Positions 47,339-60,600 of a stretch of 64,000 nucleotides of DNA are shown piece after piece; the first letter of the stretch is position 1, and each line of letters begins with the position of its first letter. The notes beneath the pieces were generated by a model. The model was not told the origin of the DNA. It made no database searches and was given only the letters and a program-made list of their open reading frames with translations. Origin of the DNA: Amoebophrya sp. A120 (Eukaryota > Protista > Dinoflagellata). The DNA is taken from assembly GCA_905178155.1 (NCBI GenBank), contig CAJINV010000017.1:1658269-1722268 (forward strand), read 5' to 3'. The position numbers and the translations under genes are program-made.

Positions 47339-48658
47339 GGTCGCTTGTCACGTTGCGAAATGCCCCATGCGGCGCAGGTCACGTTGCGAAAATAATCTCT
47401 CATCAGACTAGATCACGCCACCTGTCCGACTAGATCACGCGAAAATGATCTCTCATCAGACCACTATACGCCGCGGGTGCTCCTGTCCGAGAACAACGAC
47501 AAAGAGGCACAGTAGACTTATCCTTATTTGAGCAGCGGTTCGCCTACGGCTTCTCGTTTGTCAAACACAGTCCATCAATTAGTGCGGCGCAGCCAACATT
47601 TACATTGAGCATGACCGCAAATGATAATGAAAATAGAAACAAAATTGCTACTTCTGCACCGCATCACATCTGCTGTGCAGGTCCAAAATGAAAAAGTGCA
47701 GATTTTTCTTTGTTGAAACCAAACCAGTACACGAATACGGACGACATAACTCTTCAGCTTTATTTCAGCAGGTGGCACGTTGCCTGGTTGCAAGAAATGC
47801 GCTACAAGAATTTCACCGAATAACTACGGTATGATGCCACGGATTGAGGATCCTATATGCAGAAAAATCGTCAGTGCTGTGTTAGTTTGAGTGCTTCTAC
47901 TAGGAGGACCTAGTACGACGTGAAAGTTAAAGTACTATTTTCCTTTTTTTTTTTTAGGTCCACTGCTTGCGCAAGAGAGAAGGCGGGAGCTTGGGCCACT
48001 GCTATTGCTTTTCGTGAAGAAGTATTTAATGAAACCTTGATCTTTAAGGTTCGCTTTTGACAGTAGTTTGAAACGATGACACAATAAACAGTCTCTGTTT
48101 AATTGAAGTAACCTGCCTGCCGTCGTCGTCTCCGCGAAGCGGAAGTAACTTCGGACAAGAACGACGGGCAAGAGGGCAAAACATAGATCTGAAAATACAT
48201 ACGACCCTGGCGATCATCTTGAAAAAAAAAATACGTGAGCCTGGAGCCCACTGTTGTTTAACACGGCCAAGTCTGAAGTAGCATACAAGGAATAAAAATC
48301 GAGGACAAAAGTTGGATACATCGAACTGCGACTTTAGTTCAGATGAAGGGCACAAACCTTGGTTTACATACGCACAGCCTTACCAAGGAATTACAGAAAG
48401 TGAAAGCTAGCAAAATTATTCAAAGGTCAAAACAGAATCGTATTTGATTTGGAATGCGTGAAGAAGACGTGATGTCTTAAGTTTCTTTCTCTTTCTCTTT
48501 GTACTGGTCCTAACTAAGCTAGATAGATCTTAGATCTAAATTGAAGAGTCCTACCTCCGTTGAAACCTAAACATATAGGAAGCTGCGCGCTTTGAAAAAA
48601 AGATCTTCCAGTGTTCTAAGGCACAGACGTCGTGCTGCTGCTGCTGCACCGCGCATCA

Positions 48659-51600
48659 CTACACCGGCAACCCTTGCGGCGACCTCGGATCCACGAGCTC
48701 GATGGGTGCAGCTATGGAAAGATAGTTAGTACGATACTGAGTTTTGATTTTTTCTTCCCGCGACATCACAAAGCCAAATTCCATTTGGCAAGGCCCAGGT
48801 GAACCCAAGTTGGAGGACATACATTCCGAAAGGCAGCAAAATGGCTGTGGTCCCCGACAAGGTAGAGTGTTAGGCGAGAGTACAAGCACACAGATGGACA
48901 TGCTCTTGTACTGCCTTTGGACAACTCTGCTCATACTTCTATGTCTTCTGGTGCTTTGACTTATTCATCTTCATGCATTGCGGGCAATGAGTCAACGTGT
49001 TCAATCATGCCGCTGGTGTTGGAAGTACAAAGGAATTCAGTATCGTCTTTCTCAATTTCATACCAACCGTGACCAGGAAATCCGCGGTCGCGCCGGTTCC
49101 CCAACACAGATGGTAGTAGTCCGGCTTCGTGCGGTTTGTGAGCAGGCCGAAATCCAGAATTTCTGAGTCGTAGCGGACCACCGGCATACTGTCGATTCTG
49201 GTGGCGTTGCTCTCGCACGAAAGCAGGATAGTTGCCTGCCCGGTCACTGCGAGAGGTAGTTTTCATGGCGTTGATTTTTCTTTACCGGAAGCTTGACAAA
49301 AATGCGGGCCGCGGAAAAGAACAAAAAAGACTTCGTGATAAAAGCTGAAGAAGAACTGAAGGACTTATCATTGTCGTGGTTCTACACCTCATCATGATCA
49401 TGAAAGAACAACGCAAAATCAAGCGAAAAGATACATCAATTGAAGATAATATAATACCTCCCATCTGATTGGCGAAATCTAAGTTTCTGATGTTGTATCC
49501 ACAGTAAATTTCCTGTACACGTACAAATGCGGTGTCTGCATGACAGAACTTGGCTTCGATGTCGATCCTAGTTTAGCATGACAAGTTTTACGCTCCAAAT
49601 TGATGAAATTTGTATTGCATGTTGTACATGTACGGGAAATTTGTATTGCATATGTTGCACGGGAAATTCATAACGCACTTCAATGTCGCCTCCAGCGTCC
49701 ACTTCGTTGCCGCCTCGAGTTCCAGGTCGCCCACTACCAAGGGCTGGTAGCTGTTTGCGGGGTCGCCGTAGATCCTCTCGTACTCGGGCGTGGCTGCGGT
49801 GTAGGCTTCGATTTGGCTCCGGGCTTTCGCGCTGCCGAAAACGCAGCCGACTGCGCACCAGGCGAGAGAGTACCTAAGAAAGAGTGTGTAAGTGTATGTT
49901 CCTCGTCGACCACAACAGTTTCAGACGAATACAGATGAAAGAACAGTTGTGCGTGTATTCACTTTTTTGTTTCAGATTCAGTGTAGGAACACCGGTCGGC
50001 ATACAATGGTGTCAATCCATTTTTCATTTGGTGTTTCACATGCAGCAGCAGCTACAGCTTGCTCTAAGGTTATACTTTCCGCCCGGAAGTGTGCTTTTCG
50101 TTGGAAACGTGAATGTCGCTGGTGCCATGCTGTAATTCGCTTGCCTTTCCACTTCCCAAGTTGCGTCGGAGGCGTTCTCTACAGTCTTAAAGTACTGATA
50201 GCGAGCATTGAACCTGTTTTGATTTGGTTTCTTTGCGATGAACAAAAATGAAAAAGCGATTGAGATTTTTGCAGATGTTGCATTGCAAGCTGGCGCAGTA
50301 GTCACAACATTGCCTCGCTACAAGTGTCCCGCCACAGCCACGGCTGACGAACATACCAGGCTTCAGCGAATGCGAAAGTCTCCTTACCTCTCCGACTGCA
50401 TTCTGAGACTGGCTTCCAGAATTTCGTTGGAGCTTTTTTCGAGGACGTACAGTCTCGATCCCGGTGTCGTGTTGAATTCCTGTACGTGCGTGATTCTCAG
50501 CGGTTCGCTGCTGTTCGCCTGCACGGTTTGCTGCGGGAGCTCAATGCCCTTGGCGTACAGCTTCCCGATACTGATGCAAAAATCCTTGCCGCACCACTCG
50601 ACCAAGTGGTCCCGTCCAGCTTGCATCAGCAGCGGTGCCGCGACGAAGGTCATCGAAGTCGCAGCGAGGGTAGAGGTCGGCAGAGACCGGTAGGCACGAA
50701 CTTCCACCTGATAATAGTTCAATTCGGCAGATTAAGACTTGTTGTGAAAAATAAACACGGAGACGACATCGAACCGTAGAAGTGCGCTCACAACCTATCA
50801 ATCGTACATCATCATCATGCTCAAGGTCCCGCTTCTCCGCAAATTGAATACTATGACTATCTATCACAAATATGCGAATTCGAATTTCTTTACCGTCCCC
50901 GCAATCTTCAGGTAGCCCGGGTCTTTGGAAATCGGCGGCACAATAGGCGTCGGCTGCACTAAATGGTTCCAGTTCCCCCTCACCTCGAAATTGCACACCA
51001 AGCCCAGCTCGCACATGAACTCGTGATCGCCGAACGGGCCGTAGAGAATGACGTCGCTCAACTTCCAAAAGTGCACTGCGGTTGGATACTCGGCGGCCAA
51101 GGGTTGGAACTCGGCGAGAGTGGAGTTGGAACTCGACGTCGAGCTAGATTGGTCTGACGTTGCACTCCCTGTTTGCGATGAAGCTGAGTCAGATTGTACC
51201 ACCCCCGATGTAGAAGTTGATGTCAGATTCGTGCCGTTTGTGCCATTTCCGAGATCCTCGCTTTCCCCCTCCTCTTCCGTGAGGTTTTTCTCTACCAACA
51301 AGGTCGTGAAGTTCGCTTCCACGTAACTCGCGTACGCTTCCACGTATAAAGCGTACGGCTTTTCGACCGTGGACCCGAGATACGGCAACTTCGCCCAAAC
51401 GTAGGTTTGCCCCAGCGACTCCCGCCGGTCCGCCCTTTGCACTTTTTCCGCGATCCTTTTAAACAGCATATCCTCTTTCGTCTCGTTCCACCCCTGGACC
51501 GAGCTGTTCACCCCGTAGGGGAAGGACAAATTGCCGAAAAACGTCTTTTCCTGCACGGTGACGTGTTCGGAATACAGGTGGGAAAACACCGTTTCGTTCC

Positions 51601-54600
51601 GGTAAAAGGGGTAAGAGCCGTTCGGGTAGAAGACCTCCTGGATTTTGAACGCCTCGTACTCCCGAACCGCGTCAAACGCGAGCATAGAAGGGTGGGTGGT
51701 AAACGCATAAAACCCGTTGTCGTCGATGTTGTCTGAGGGGATTGTGAGTTGCCCGGAGGAGGTCCTCGTTGCAGCCATCAAACGACGTCTGCGGTAGCCG
51801 TAAGAACTACCTGAGGAACTGTAGGAGGAAGACGAGCTCGTACTCGAGGCTGTTGAGTAGGACGACATAGAGGAAGAACTACTTGATGACCCGCTAGTGC
51901 CTCCTGTTCCAGAAGAAGATGAAGCTACTGAGGAGTAGGCACTTGATGACGACCCACTGGATGAGCTGTACATCGTGCTAGAGCTGCTGGAAGTTGAACT
52001 GCCACTGCTTGTCGTCGCATCAAGCGCCATCGGAACACCGCTGCTTTCTACCGCGACCGCCGCGGTACTAGCTGCTCCTGACGCCGCACCTGCCGTGGCA
52101 TAACTCCTCGAGACAACCGCCGTCGCGTCCAACGGATCGCTTCCGTCCCCGATGTTCGGGTAATCCTGCCTCGCCACCGGTAACACGTACGGCCCCGTGT
52201 AGGCCGCGCTGTAGCTGATCGGCTCTTCCTGTTCGTGATATTCTAATGGTGGGACGCTGAAGAGAATACTCGTGTCAAACGGGTCGGTGGTTAAAACCCG
52301 CCCGACTTCCGGCATCAAACCGAAGTACATGTTCGGCCCGAGATGCGGCCTGCTCGCGGTTTCGGCGGTCTCGTTGTTTGCGATGGACAGCAACGTGTGA
52401 AACACGTCCGGCTGTGGCGTCTTCGTAGTATGCTCGGACGCCGATGAAGCTCCGGTGTACACTAGTCCATGTGGCGCTTTCGTCGTTTCTCCTCCGTTTT
52501 CTTCATTCGTCTTAAGAAATCCGTCGACAGAGATTTTGCAAACCGAGCCGACAATGCAGTACTTCTCATTTTTCTGCGGAATCCGCGGTCCGGTCACGTA
52601 CAGCTGCCCGGCCGGCATGTAGGTTCCCTGCGAGAAAGTCACGTTGCAGGAATAGTTGCCGAAAACTTGGTCGTTGATGAGATCCTGCGGCTCGCAATTC
52701 TTGTACTCGGTTCTCTCGTTGTTCAGCCAATTGCTGTAGGTGGTTTGCAAGGCAGAGAGAGAAGCTGCACTAGGTTTGCTGTCAACCGTTACAGAAGTTG
52801 CAGTCGTGCTATTGTCTGCTCCTGTGGAGGTCGTGGCGCCACCTATTGTGTCGTTCAACAATGAACTATCTTGCGGCACTTCCGGGTTGAAATACGTGTA
52901 GTCGTACGCTTTTTGTGCTTCGTATAGCGCATTTAGTGTTGGTTTCTTCCCGGGTAAGAGATTCAGTATCTCCGAAGAAAATCTCTTCCAACACACATAA
53001 TACGGCGCGTCCGAAGCCTGCAGCGCTGGATTTCGCCAAGGGTGCGGCGTGAACTGAGCGCCTACTTTTAGAGTGGTTGTGGTGGCAGATGAACCAGAAT
53101 TGTCCCCCTGCTCGTTCCTACTGCCAACGGTTACAAACATAGCGCCGGTTTCGTTACTGTAGGACACGTCGCCCGCTGCGATACTTCCGCCACTCGTCAC
53201 TACCACTTGCGAAAAATCGACGACCGACTTCGGAGAGATCGCCGCACAAGGGTCTTTACTGATGAAGACATAGTCGTTGTTGTTTGGACTCAAATCGTAC
53301 CCTTCCAAATCGATCGTGCACGGCTTCAACCGTTTCTGCGTGTACGCTGTGGTGTTTATCACGACCTGCGGGTACTCGTTGGCAATTTCCTCTTCCGAAA
53401 TGCCTTGGAGAAACGCATTGTATTTCCGCGGTGCGGACACGGAGTAGTCGTTATTGTTTTCCCCTTGCTCCGACACCCGCAGCATTGAAAGATCCAGACC
53501 GGGTAAGACCTGCTTGTTCTCCGTCTCCCCTAAGTTGCAAATCTGCACCCTCTGCGTATCAAAGACCCCGGCGACGTTGATCACTCCCGCGTCGGCGGAG
53601 AAGTCTAAGTGCGATTCGCAGATGCTGAAGGCCGGCTCTTGCAGCGGCTCTGGCGGGCCGTAGATGTCGGAGCTTAGCGAGCTGTAAGTTTCTTCTGGGT
53701 ACACCGGATTGAATTCAGAAACGGTTAAAGGGAGGGAACCGGGGACGATTGTTGTCGTGGCGCGACTTGCGGTTGTAGTGGCTGAAGGCGCTCCTGTCGC
53801 TGCACTCGCCGTGGTCTCTCCTAATTCCATCATGGTAGTTCCAGCAGCTGCTCTCACAGTCGTTGTCATGGTAGTCGTGGTTGTAGCCGCTGCCCGGGAT
53901 GTGGTTACCGGCGCTGCAGTAGAAGTCTGCTGACTGCTAGTACTTGTGGTCATGCTACTGCCATAAGAAGCGGGCGCCGGAGTCGGCTGTGAAGACGAAC
54001 TAGAGGCGTAGGAAGATGATGAGCTAGAACCCGTCTCAGCACCGTGGTAACTCAACTTTCTCCTCCTCGGTTGTTCCACAAACTGCTGCCCAGCGCTCGT
54101 CGTCCCTCGAAAAACACCACGACTTGTCGTCCGGGAAAAAGAAAAACCAGTTCCAGCCTCCGCATGAATCTCCTCCAGCTGTCTTCTGTAAAACCCTTTC
54201 GGCGCGACGAATTCTGACGCCGACGTTCCGCCGTCACCGTGCAGTGCCTCGTTGTACCCCAGCGGTCTCGGGTTCGTAATCACGGACGCAGGCTCCACAA
54301 CGTACGCGCTTCCATCCGGGTACTCCACGGTTCTCGACCCGGCCCACGTGTTCAAGTTGTCGAAACTGGGGGTCACCACCGCGAGTTGCGCGGATCTGTC
54401 CCCCGCGTATTTTTGGTACGCCTGCTCCAACGCGGATTGCGTGCTGTAGTACTTTTGGCCCCCGCCCGTGGTGGTAATCACGGAGGATAATCCGGGGGAG
54501 TAGACGATTTTATCCCACTCTGGGACCGGTTGGATCTGCCCGGAATTGTACAACGCGTCGTCGATCGCTTTTTCCCGCTGTTCACTACTGTAGAAAGTGG

Positions 54601-57600
54601 TTTCGGGGAAGATGAAGTTCGGTAAGTAGTCACTACTGTAGACCCTGTCCGGATTCGCATTCCAGTAGTCCCTTCTCGCGTACTGCGTCGGCTGGCGGTG
54701 GAGAGCAGCACTGTACCCTCCGCCGTCGATATTGGAAAACCCGGCGAGCTGCTGCTCAGAGCCCGGCTTCAAATAATTTTTTTCGTCGAAAAAGCTCGGC
54801 GACTTCCGCGGCACTTGCTGGTTTTCCGGTAGTATTGCAGCAGGTAAGTCTGTTTTCGGATCCAGTCTATCAGTACTGAAGTAGACTATCTTCCCATCCG
54901 CCGTGGCAGTTTGGAGAAAATCCTCCTCGCTGTCCGTTTTCGGGCGGTAGTAGGACTGTATTGGATATTTCGTCAAGGAGTACTGGTAGCGGAAATCGAT
55001 GTAGCGGTCCTGCGTCGCGATCATGGGCCAGCGCTTGAAGTTTCTCACCGATTTTTCCTTCCTCCGCGATTGCGCCCGCAAGGAGCAGGTGCAAACCCGA
55101 AACGTGCCCCCCTCGGGGATCTGGCCGGCTTTCAGCGTCGCCTCTAACTTGCTCGATACCATCGCGGATTCCCCGGTCTGGGGGACTGGATCTAAGAGCG
55201 GGATGTTATCCAGCTCCAACGTGAAGGTCTTCAGGTGGCCGTAAATGCTTGTCTTTTTCATGTGCGTCCCCGGTTTTTGGACGACAATGCCCTGGAGTTC
55301 AATCGGCTTTCCGAAATCGATCTCGTAGTAGAGAACTTTGTCCACTTCGTATTTTTTTGTACTATACGTCGTGTTCGGCAGTGGACCGTAACCGGAAAGC
55401 GAACCGTACAGCGTTCCTAATTTCTGGTCCTTAATCGCCAGCCGCCCTAGAATCGGGTCCGAAATTTCCGGTAAATCCGGGACGCAAACAACCGCGGGGG
55501 TAACGATGGTTGTTAGCGTCGAGCAGGGCGGGCGCTGGAAATTCGTGCTGTTTAACTTGCTGTCGCTGGGCATTGATCCTGCTGCTGTTCCTGCTCCTGT
55601 GCAGATATTTCCACTCACTTGCGACTCCAACCTCGGTAAGTACGGTCTTTGGAAGCTCGCGTACCTGATTTCCCCCGGCGTGTTCCGGTCGGAAACCAAG
55701 CCGAAATCGGCCAACCCGCCGAAGCGGAAGCTCGGGTGCTGCTTCTCCCAAGTCAAGGGGTAGAGCCGGACTCTGCGCGTCGCTTTCGGGCCTTCCTTGA
55801 ACAAATGGAGGGAGTATTCCGTGTCCGGGAGGTCAACGAGGAAGTTGTTGTTCACCCCTATGGTTCTACTGGACGATTTTGAAGACGCCATGTTGCCAGT
55901 TGTACTCGCGCTAGTGCCCCCTCCAGCAGCTGCAGCTCCTACCGGATACAAAGTGTTGCTGAGCGCCTTGGTTCCCTCGTCGAAGTAGCTGGTCTGGAAA
56001 ACAGTGGGGTACACCACGCCGCACTTTTCCGTACTCGGGATCGTCCGGATTCTGTCGCCCTCCTCCACGCCGGACTCCCTCAATTTGTTCAAAAAGCACG
56101 GCTGGCCCGTCGTGCACTGGAACACGTTGTCGGAAACCTTCGGCCCGACGATCTCTACCCTCTTGATAAACACGTCGCCGTTCCAGCACAGGGCGTAGTT
56201 CCCCGTCAAAGTTGGCACCGGGAGGAAGGAAACGAGCAGCGAGATTTTCTTGGAGGAGTATTTCGTCTGGGTCAGGTTTCTCTGTGGCGGCGGCTGGTAC
56301 AGGGAGGAGGCTGTGTGGAGGTGAAGATCTTGGGCTGATGAGCTTTCTTCATAACCCCCTTCTTGTTCATTTTTACCATTCATCCTGTAGTGCATATCCC
56401 TCTCATCGAAGTAGTACTCTTGCAAATCCGTGGCGTGCGCCTTCCCGGTTTTCTCCCGACAAAGTCTCCTTCCGATGGAGTTCTCCCCGCCGGAGACTTG
56501 ATACAATTCTGCCGCTTCCACCTCGTTCAAGTCCTTCTCCCGTGCCCTGAACGCGTTCAAATCTTGCGGGTCGGAGATGTGCGAAAAGTAGAAATAGTTT
56601 CTCCCAATCTGCGCCCCGCCGACCGTTTCGTTGACTGCGGTTTCCCCCGGGAGAATTTCGTTGTCTCGGATAATGATGCTGTCTGTGGTCTTGTAAAAAT
56701 CGCCGGAAACCCGGAATTGGCAAACCTCGCCCCATTGACACACCTGGAACAACTCCTTCGGCCCGACAAGGGAAGTGGCGGTAGTTGTTCTTGTGCTGGT
56801 GGTGGCCGCGGCAGGTTTTATTTGCGATGTGGCCGCTCCTGTGGCTGTGACAGCAGCTGTTCCGCTTGCTGTCGCGTTTCCACCGACAGTCGAGGTTGAT
56901 GTCGTCGCAGATGAAGTGCTCCTCGCTGCAACAAACCCGCCCGCTCCCAACCTCGTCACCGACGCTTTCGCGACCCGCACATCCGGATACGCCCGTCCCA
57001 TCCCGGTTTCGCGTCTCTGCCACCGCATCTCTTCCAAGCAGACACTTGGTCCGTAAACGAAAATCTCGCCGTAATCCACGTAGGAAAGCGGGTCTGTCGG
57101 GTCCACCGTCCAACACAGGTGGTAGAACCCGCCCTGCGAAACCACGAACCGCGGCATATCGCCATTCGATGCTGCTGTCATCTCAGTGACAGGCTCGGTG
57201 ACATTGTGGTAGTAGAAAGACTCCACGGAGGTTAAGGAATTGGGCTGTTTCAGTTGAACCTGCTTCAAATCTGGCGGGTCGCGCCACATCTTTGTCGTGG
57301 CAGAAGATGCCATAGTTGTACTAGTGCTCCCGTTCGCACTGGTCATCGTATTTCTGGTGACCTCCACTCCGCCGTCCGTGGCAATCCAGTCGGAGACATT
57401 CACTTTCGCCAAAGCGCAGCTGTACCGCTGAAGCTTCAGATGCCCCTTGGGGAAATTCCCGCACTGTAACCGGAAAGGTAACCCTGCTTCCAAGATTTGC
57501 CCGTTGTTCAAGACATTGCGGATACCGTGGTCGTATCTCGATTCCGTGTCCGCGATGACCGCTTGTCTCCGGCTTTCCAACTCAGCTGCAGTAAGTGGCG

Positions 57601-60600
57601 TGTACTGCTCCAAGTGCTTTTTGAAATAGTGCAGGAACGCGTAAGTGTCTTTGTGAATCGAGATGGCTTGCAGATTTTGCCTCGATCCCGGGTAGGAGGG
57701 GAACAGAAAATCCTGGCGCCAGGAACGAATTGCGGTCGGGGCGAGAGAGGAGATAAGAGAAGAAGAACCTCCCGATGCTGATGATCCCGATGACATTTGC
57801 AGATACCGGTCGTAACGGGGCGGGCGAGAAGCGCCGTCGGCTGAAGAACTAGTCGCGCCTTCTGTACTAGAGATCCCACTAGCTGCCGCAAAATCGTCCT
57901 CCTCGTCTTCGAATCCAAACAACCGCCTCTCTCGCAACATACCAGAAGCATTGCCTGTTGTAGTAGTGCCGTTTATCGACGAGGAATTCGCATCTTGGTA
58001 CTGCTGTCCACCACCAGCAACATCAGAACTAGTTTCGTTAGAAGCTGCAGTCGCGTTGCTCGCATTTTTTCTATCACTATCACTAGCCACCTCAGGAACC
58101 GTCGTCGTTGTGGTACTGGTCGTGAACGCCATTTTCAACTTGTAAATCCGGATCCTCTTCCCCGCCAACCTCCGTTGCGAATACGCGAACGCGTCGTTGG
58201 ACCAGAACAACTCGCCGGTTTTCACCAGCGACTCGGCACTGCCCCGCTCCGGCGACGGCTCGGACAGCAAGCCAAACCCTTCCGCGGACAAAGGCGTCGT
58301 GCAACAGACATCCTGGTCGCGAAACAGACCGATCCGGAACTGCACCGACGCGTTTTGCGCCTCGTGGATGTAGTGGGTTAGAGTGTGATACTCAATATCC
58401 TCCTCCGTCGCATTCGATCCGTTCGTCGAATTGACGTCAAAATCTTCGTCGTCTTGAAGAACGAGAGAGGACCCTGATGCTGAACTATGGCTGCTCATGT
58501 TAGTCGTGTCATTTGAAGCACTAGTGTTCATCATTCCACCACCCATCGACGTGTTAGTACTCGTCCCATTTGATGTTTGTTGGTGCATCGTCAGCACCCT
58601 TCTGTAGTCGACGATCCCAACATCGCTGTCCGTGTCTTCATCGAACCCGAACTCGACGAAGTCTTCGTTCTGTTCCAACACTCTTGGTTGCATTTTACTT
58701 CCCATCCTGTTCCCAGCTACGGTCGTGTAATAAACCGTCCTGACCCGTCTTGCAGTCTGTCGCGAGATCGCATGGAAGATCAGTTTCGACAAGTGGCGAT
58801 GCGCGTGGCAATGGTGATGATCGTTGCTCGTGAAGTTTTCGTTTGTTTCTCGAATTGGATTTGGCTCGCGGAAGAACAAGCTGTCGTACCCTGACTTGAA
58901 GAGCGGGTTCTTGACCCGGTTGAAAGCGCCAACAGAGAGGTACGGTTCTTGATTCGGCTGGAACAGCGTGTTCGAACTGGTTTCGTGAAGATGGAGCGAA
59001 CTGGTGTCCTCTGAGTCTGTCGCACTGTTGGCCGTTGCGGTTCCATTTGCGTTCATTCCCGAAACGCCGCCACTGTGAAGTCTCTGCACCGCATGCGACG
59101 TGCCATTTCGCGCAGTGAGGTTTCTCTCCTCGATCGGCATCGCGCACATCGATGAGCTAGTGCTGTTTTCGCTCGCCACTCCTGTCGGAAACCCCTCGCC
59201 CAAAACCAAAGTCTCCCCGAGCACCAAGTCTTTTAAAGTTTTCGTGTCGACAAACCCCATATCGATATCAAAGTAGAAGTCGTAATACTGCGGCTCGCTT
59301 GCCACGTACGCATCGGCGGAGAAGTTCGACAGTTGATAGGTGAAATCCGGCGGCCCGTACGGCACTTGTCCACCAGGGAGGGAGAAAACATTTTTCTTGT
59401 CCTGCGACCGGAAGTTTTGGTTCATGTTCACTGTGCCAGTCATGAGGTCTCTTTCCATATCCACCACCTCGACACGCAACCCGCCGAAAAACCCCGGCTC
59501 GGCGTATTTGTTGGACACAAAGCTGGGCACGCCGGTGGATCCGCGGTAAAACCCATTTTTCCGCTCCGCATCCACAACTGTATCCAACAAAACCTCATTT
59601 GGATCAGAAAAGCGGTGGATCGAATGCGGTCCGTAGTCCTCTGCTGGGACGGTGAGTTTCTTGATTCCATTCCTTTCCTCGACGAAAACAGAACTCGTGT
59701 TGTGCTCCGCGTGCTCCCACGCCGGGCCGTCGTAGGAAAAAGCGGAATTGTCCACGGTGCCGTCGATTTGGATCGCGATTTCGGGGGAATAATACCCAAC
59801 CCACTCGTTGCCGTACAACTCAACTTCGCAGATGTGCAGTGGAATAGGGGACCCCAGGCCGATCTCCTCAAGCAATGGATTCGCACTCGACGCGTTCTGG
59901 TGCGCCTTTCCAAACAACCGGAACGTCCGGCCCGTGATGTCGCAGTCTTGGGATAACGCAACAGAAGTTGTGGTCGTCGGCGTCGGGGAGATCATCGAGT
60001 TTGTCGCGTTTGTCAAATTCAGCTCAACGAAGTCCGTTTCTTGGACCAACGGGCATGCTTTCGTCCCGTCAACGACTAAAATTGTGTTGGACAGCATTGC
60101 TTGCATGTCGAACGAAGTCGTGGTGTCACCACCAGCACCGAAAGAAGATCCACCAGCACTTGGACCGCCAGAACTAGAACTAGAACTGCCAATCTGCCCC
60201 TGTTGCGGCCCATGCACCATGATCCTCCGCAACCTCGTCGGCCTGGGGAGTTGGATTTCCAACACCGAGTAGATGAAGGACCAATCCGTCGTTTCAAACC
60301 ACTTGGTGCTGTTGTCAAATTCGTCCGTGTCATTTATGAGAGTGCACAGCTCGTCCCCCTCCCATTTGTATAGCATGAACGGCAATACAAGCACCAGCAA
60401 GAGTGCCGGTTTTGCATGACAAATTTGCACTGGAGTGTAGTGTTGTTTGGGCTGCCAGAACTTGTCATGCAAGCGGTGCCATGAGGCAAAGGCAAAGGGT
60501 GGATTGGGTATTTTGCATGACAAATGAGGGGGAGGGGGAGTTGTGCACTGGCATATCGTTTGTCAAATTTGTATTGTTCGGGTCGAAAAACTATGAAATG

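Larger units (their letters stand above)
45176..47506. repeat. Three 41-bp direct repeats ATACGCCGCGGGTGCTCCTGTCCGAGAACAACGAYAAAGAG, starting at 45176, 46510, 47466
   Basis: Identical except one C/T; unrelated ~1.3 kb and ~0.9 kb segments between copies. Confidence 0.92.

Noticed and set aside
50732-50869. Candidate additional introner (sense TT...AA, flanks TAT/TCT), and partial ones ending near 36164 and 49672
   Set aside because: The TIR is weak or the second end was not located, so they were not counted among the 26.
60334-60523. N-terminus (MSCKIPNPP...) of the 3219-aa ORF as the true start
   Set aside because: It lies inside a TIR introner; the gene continues upstream to the window edge.
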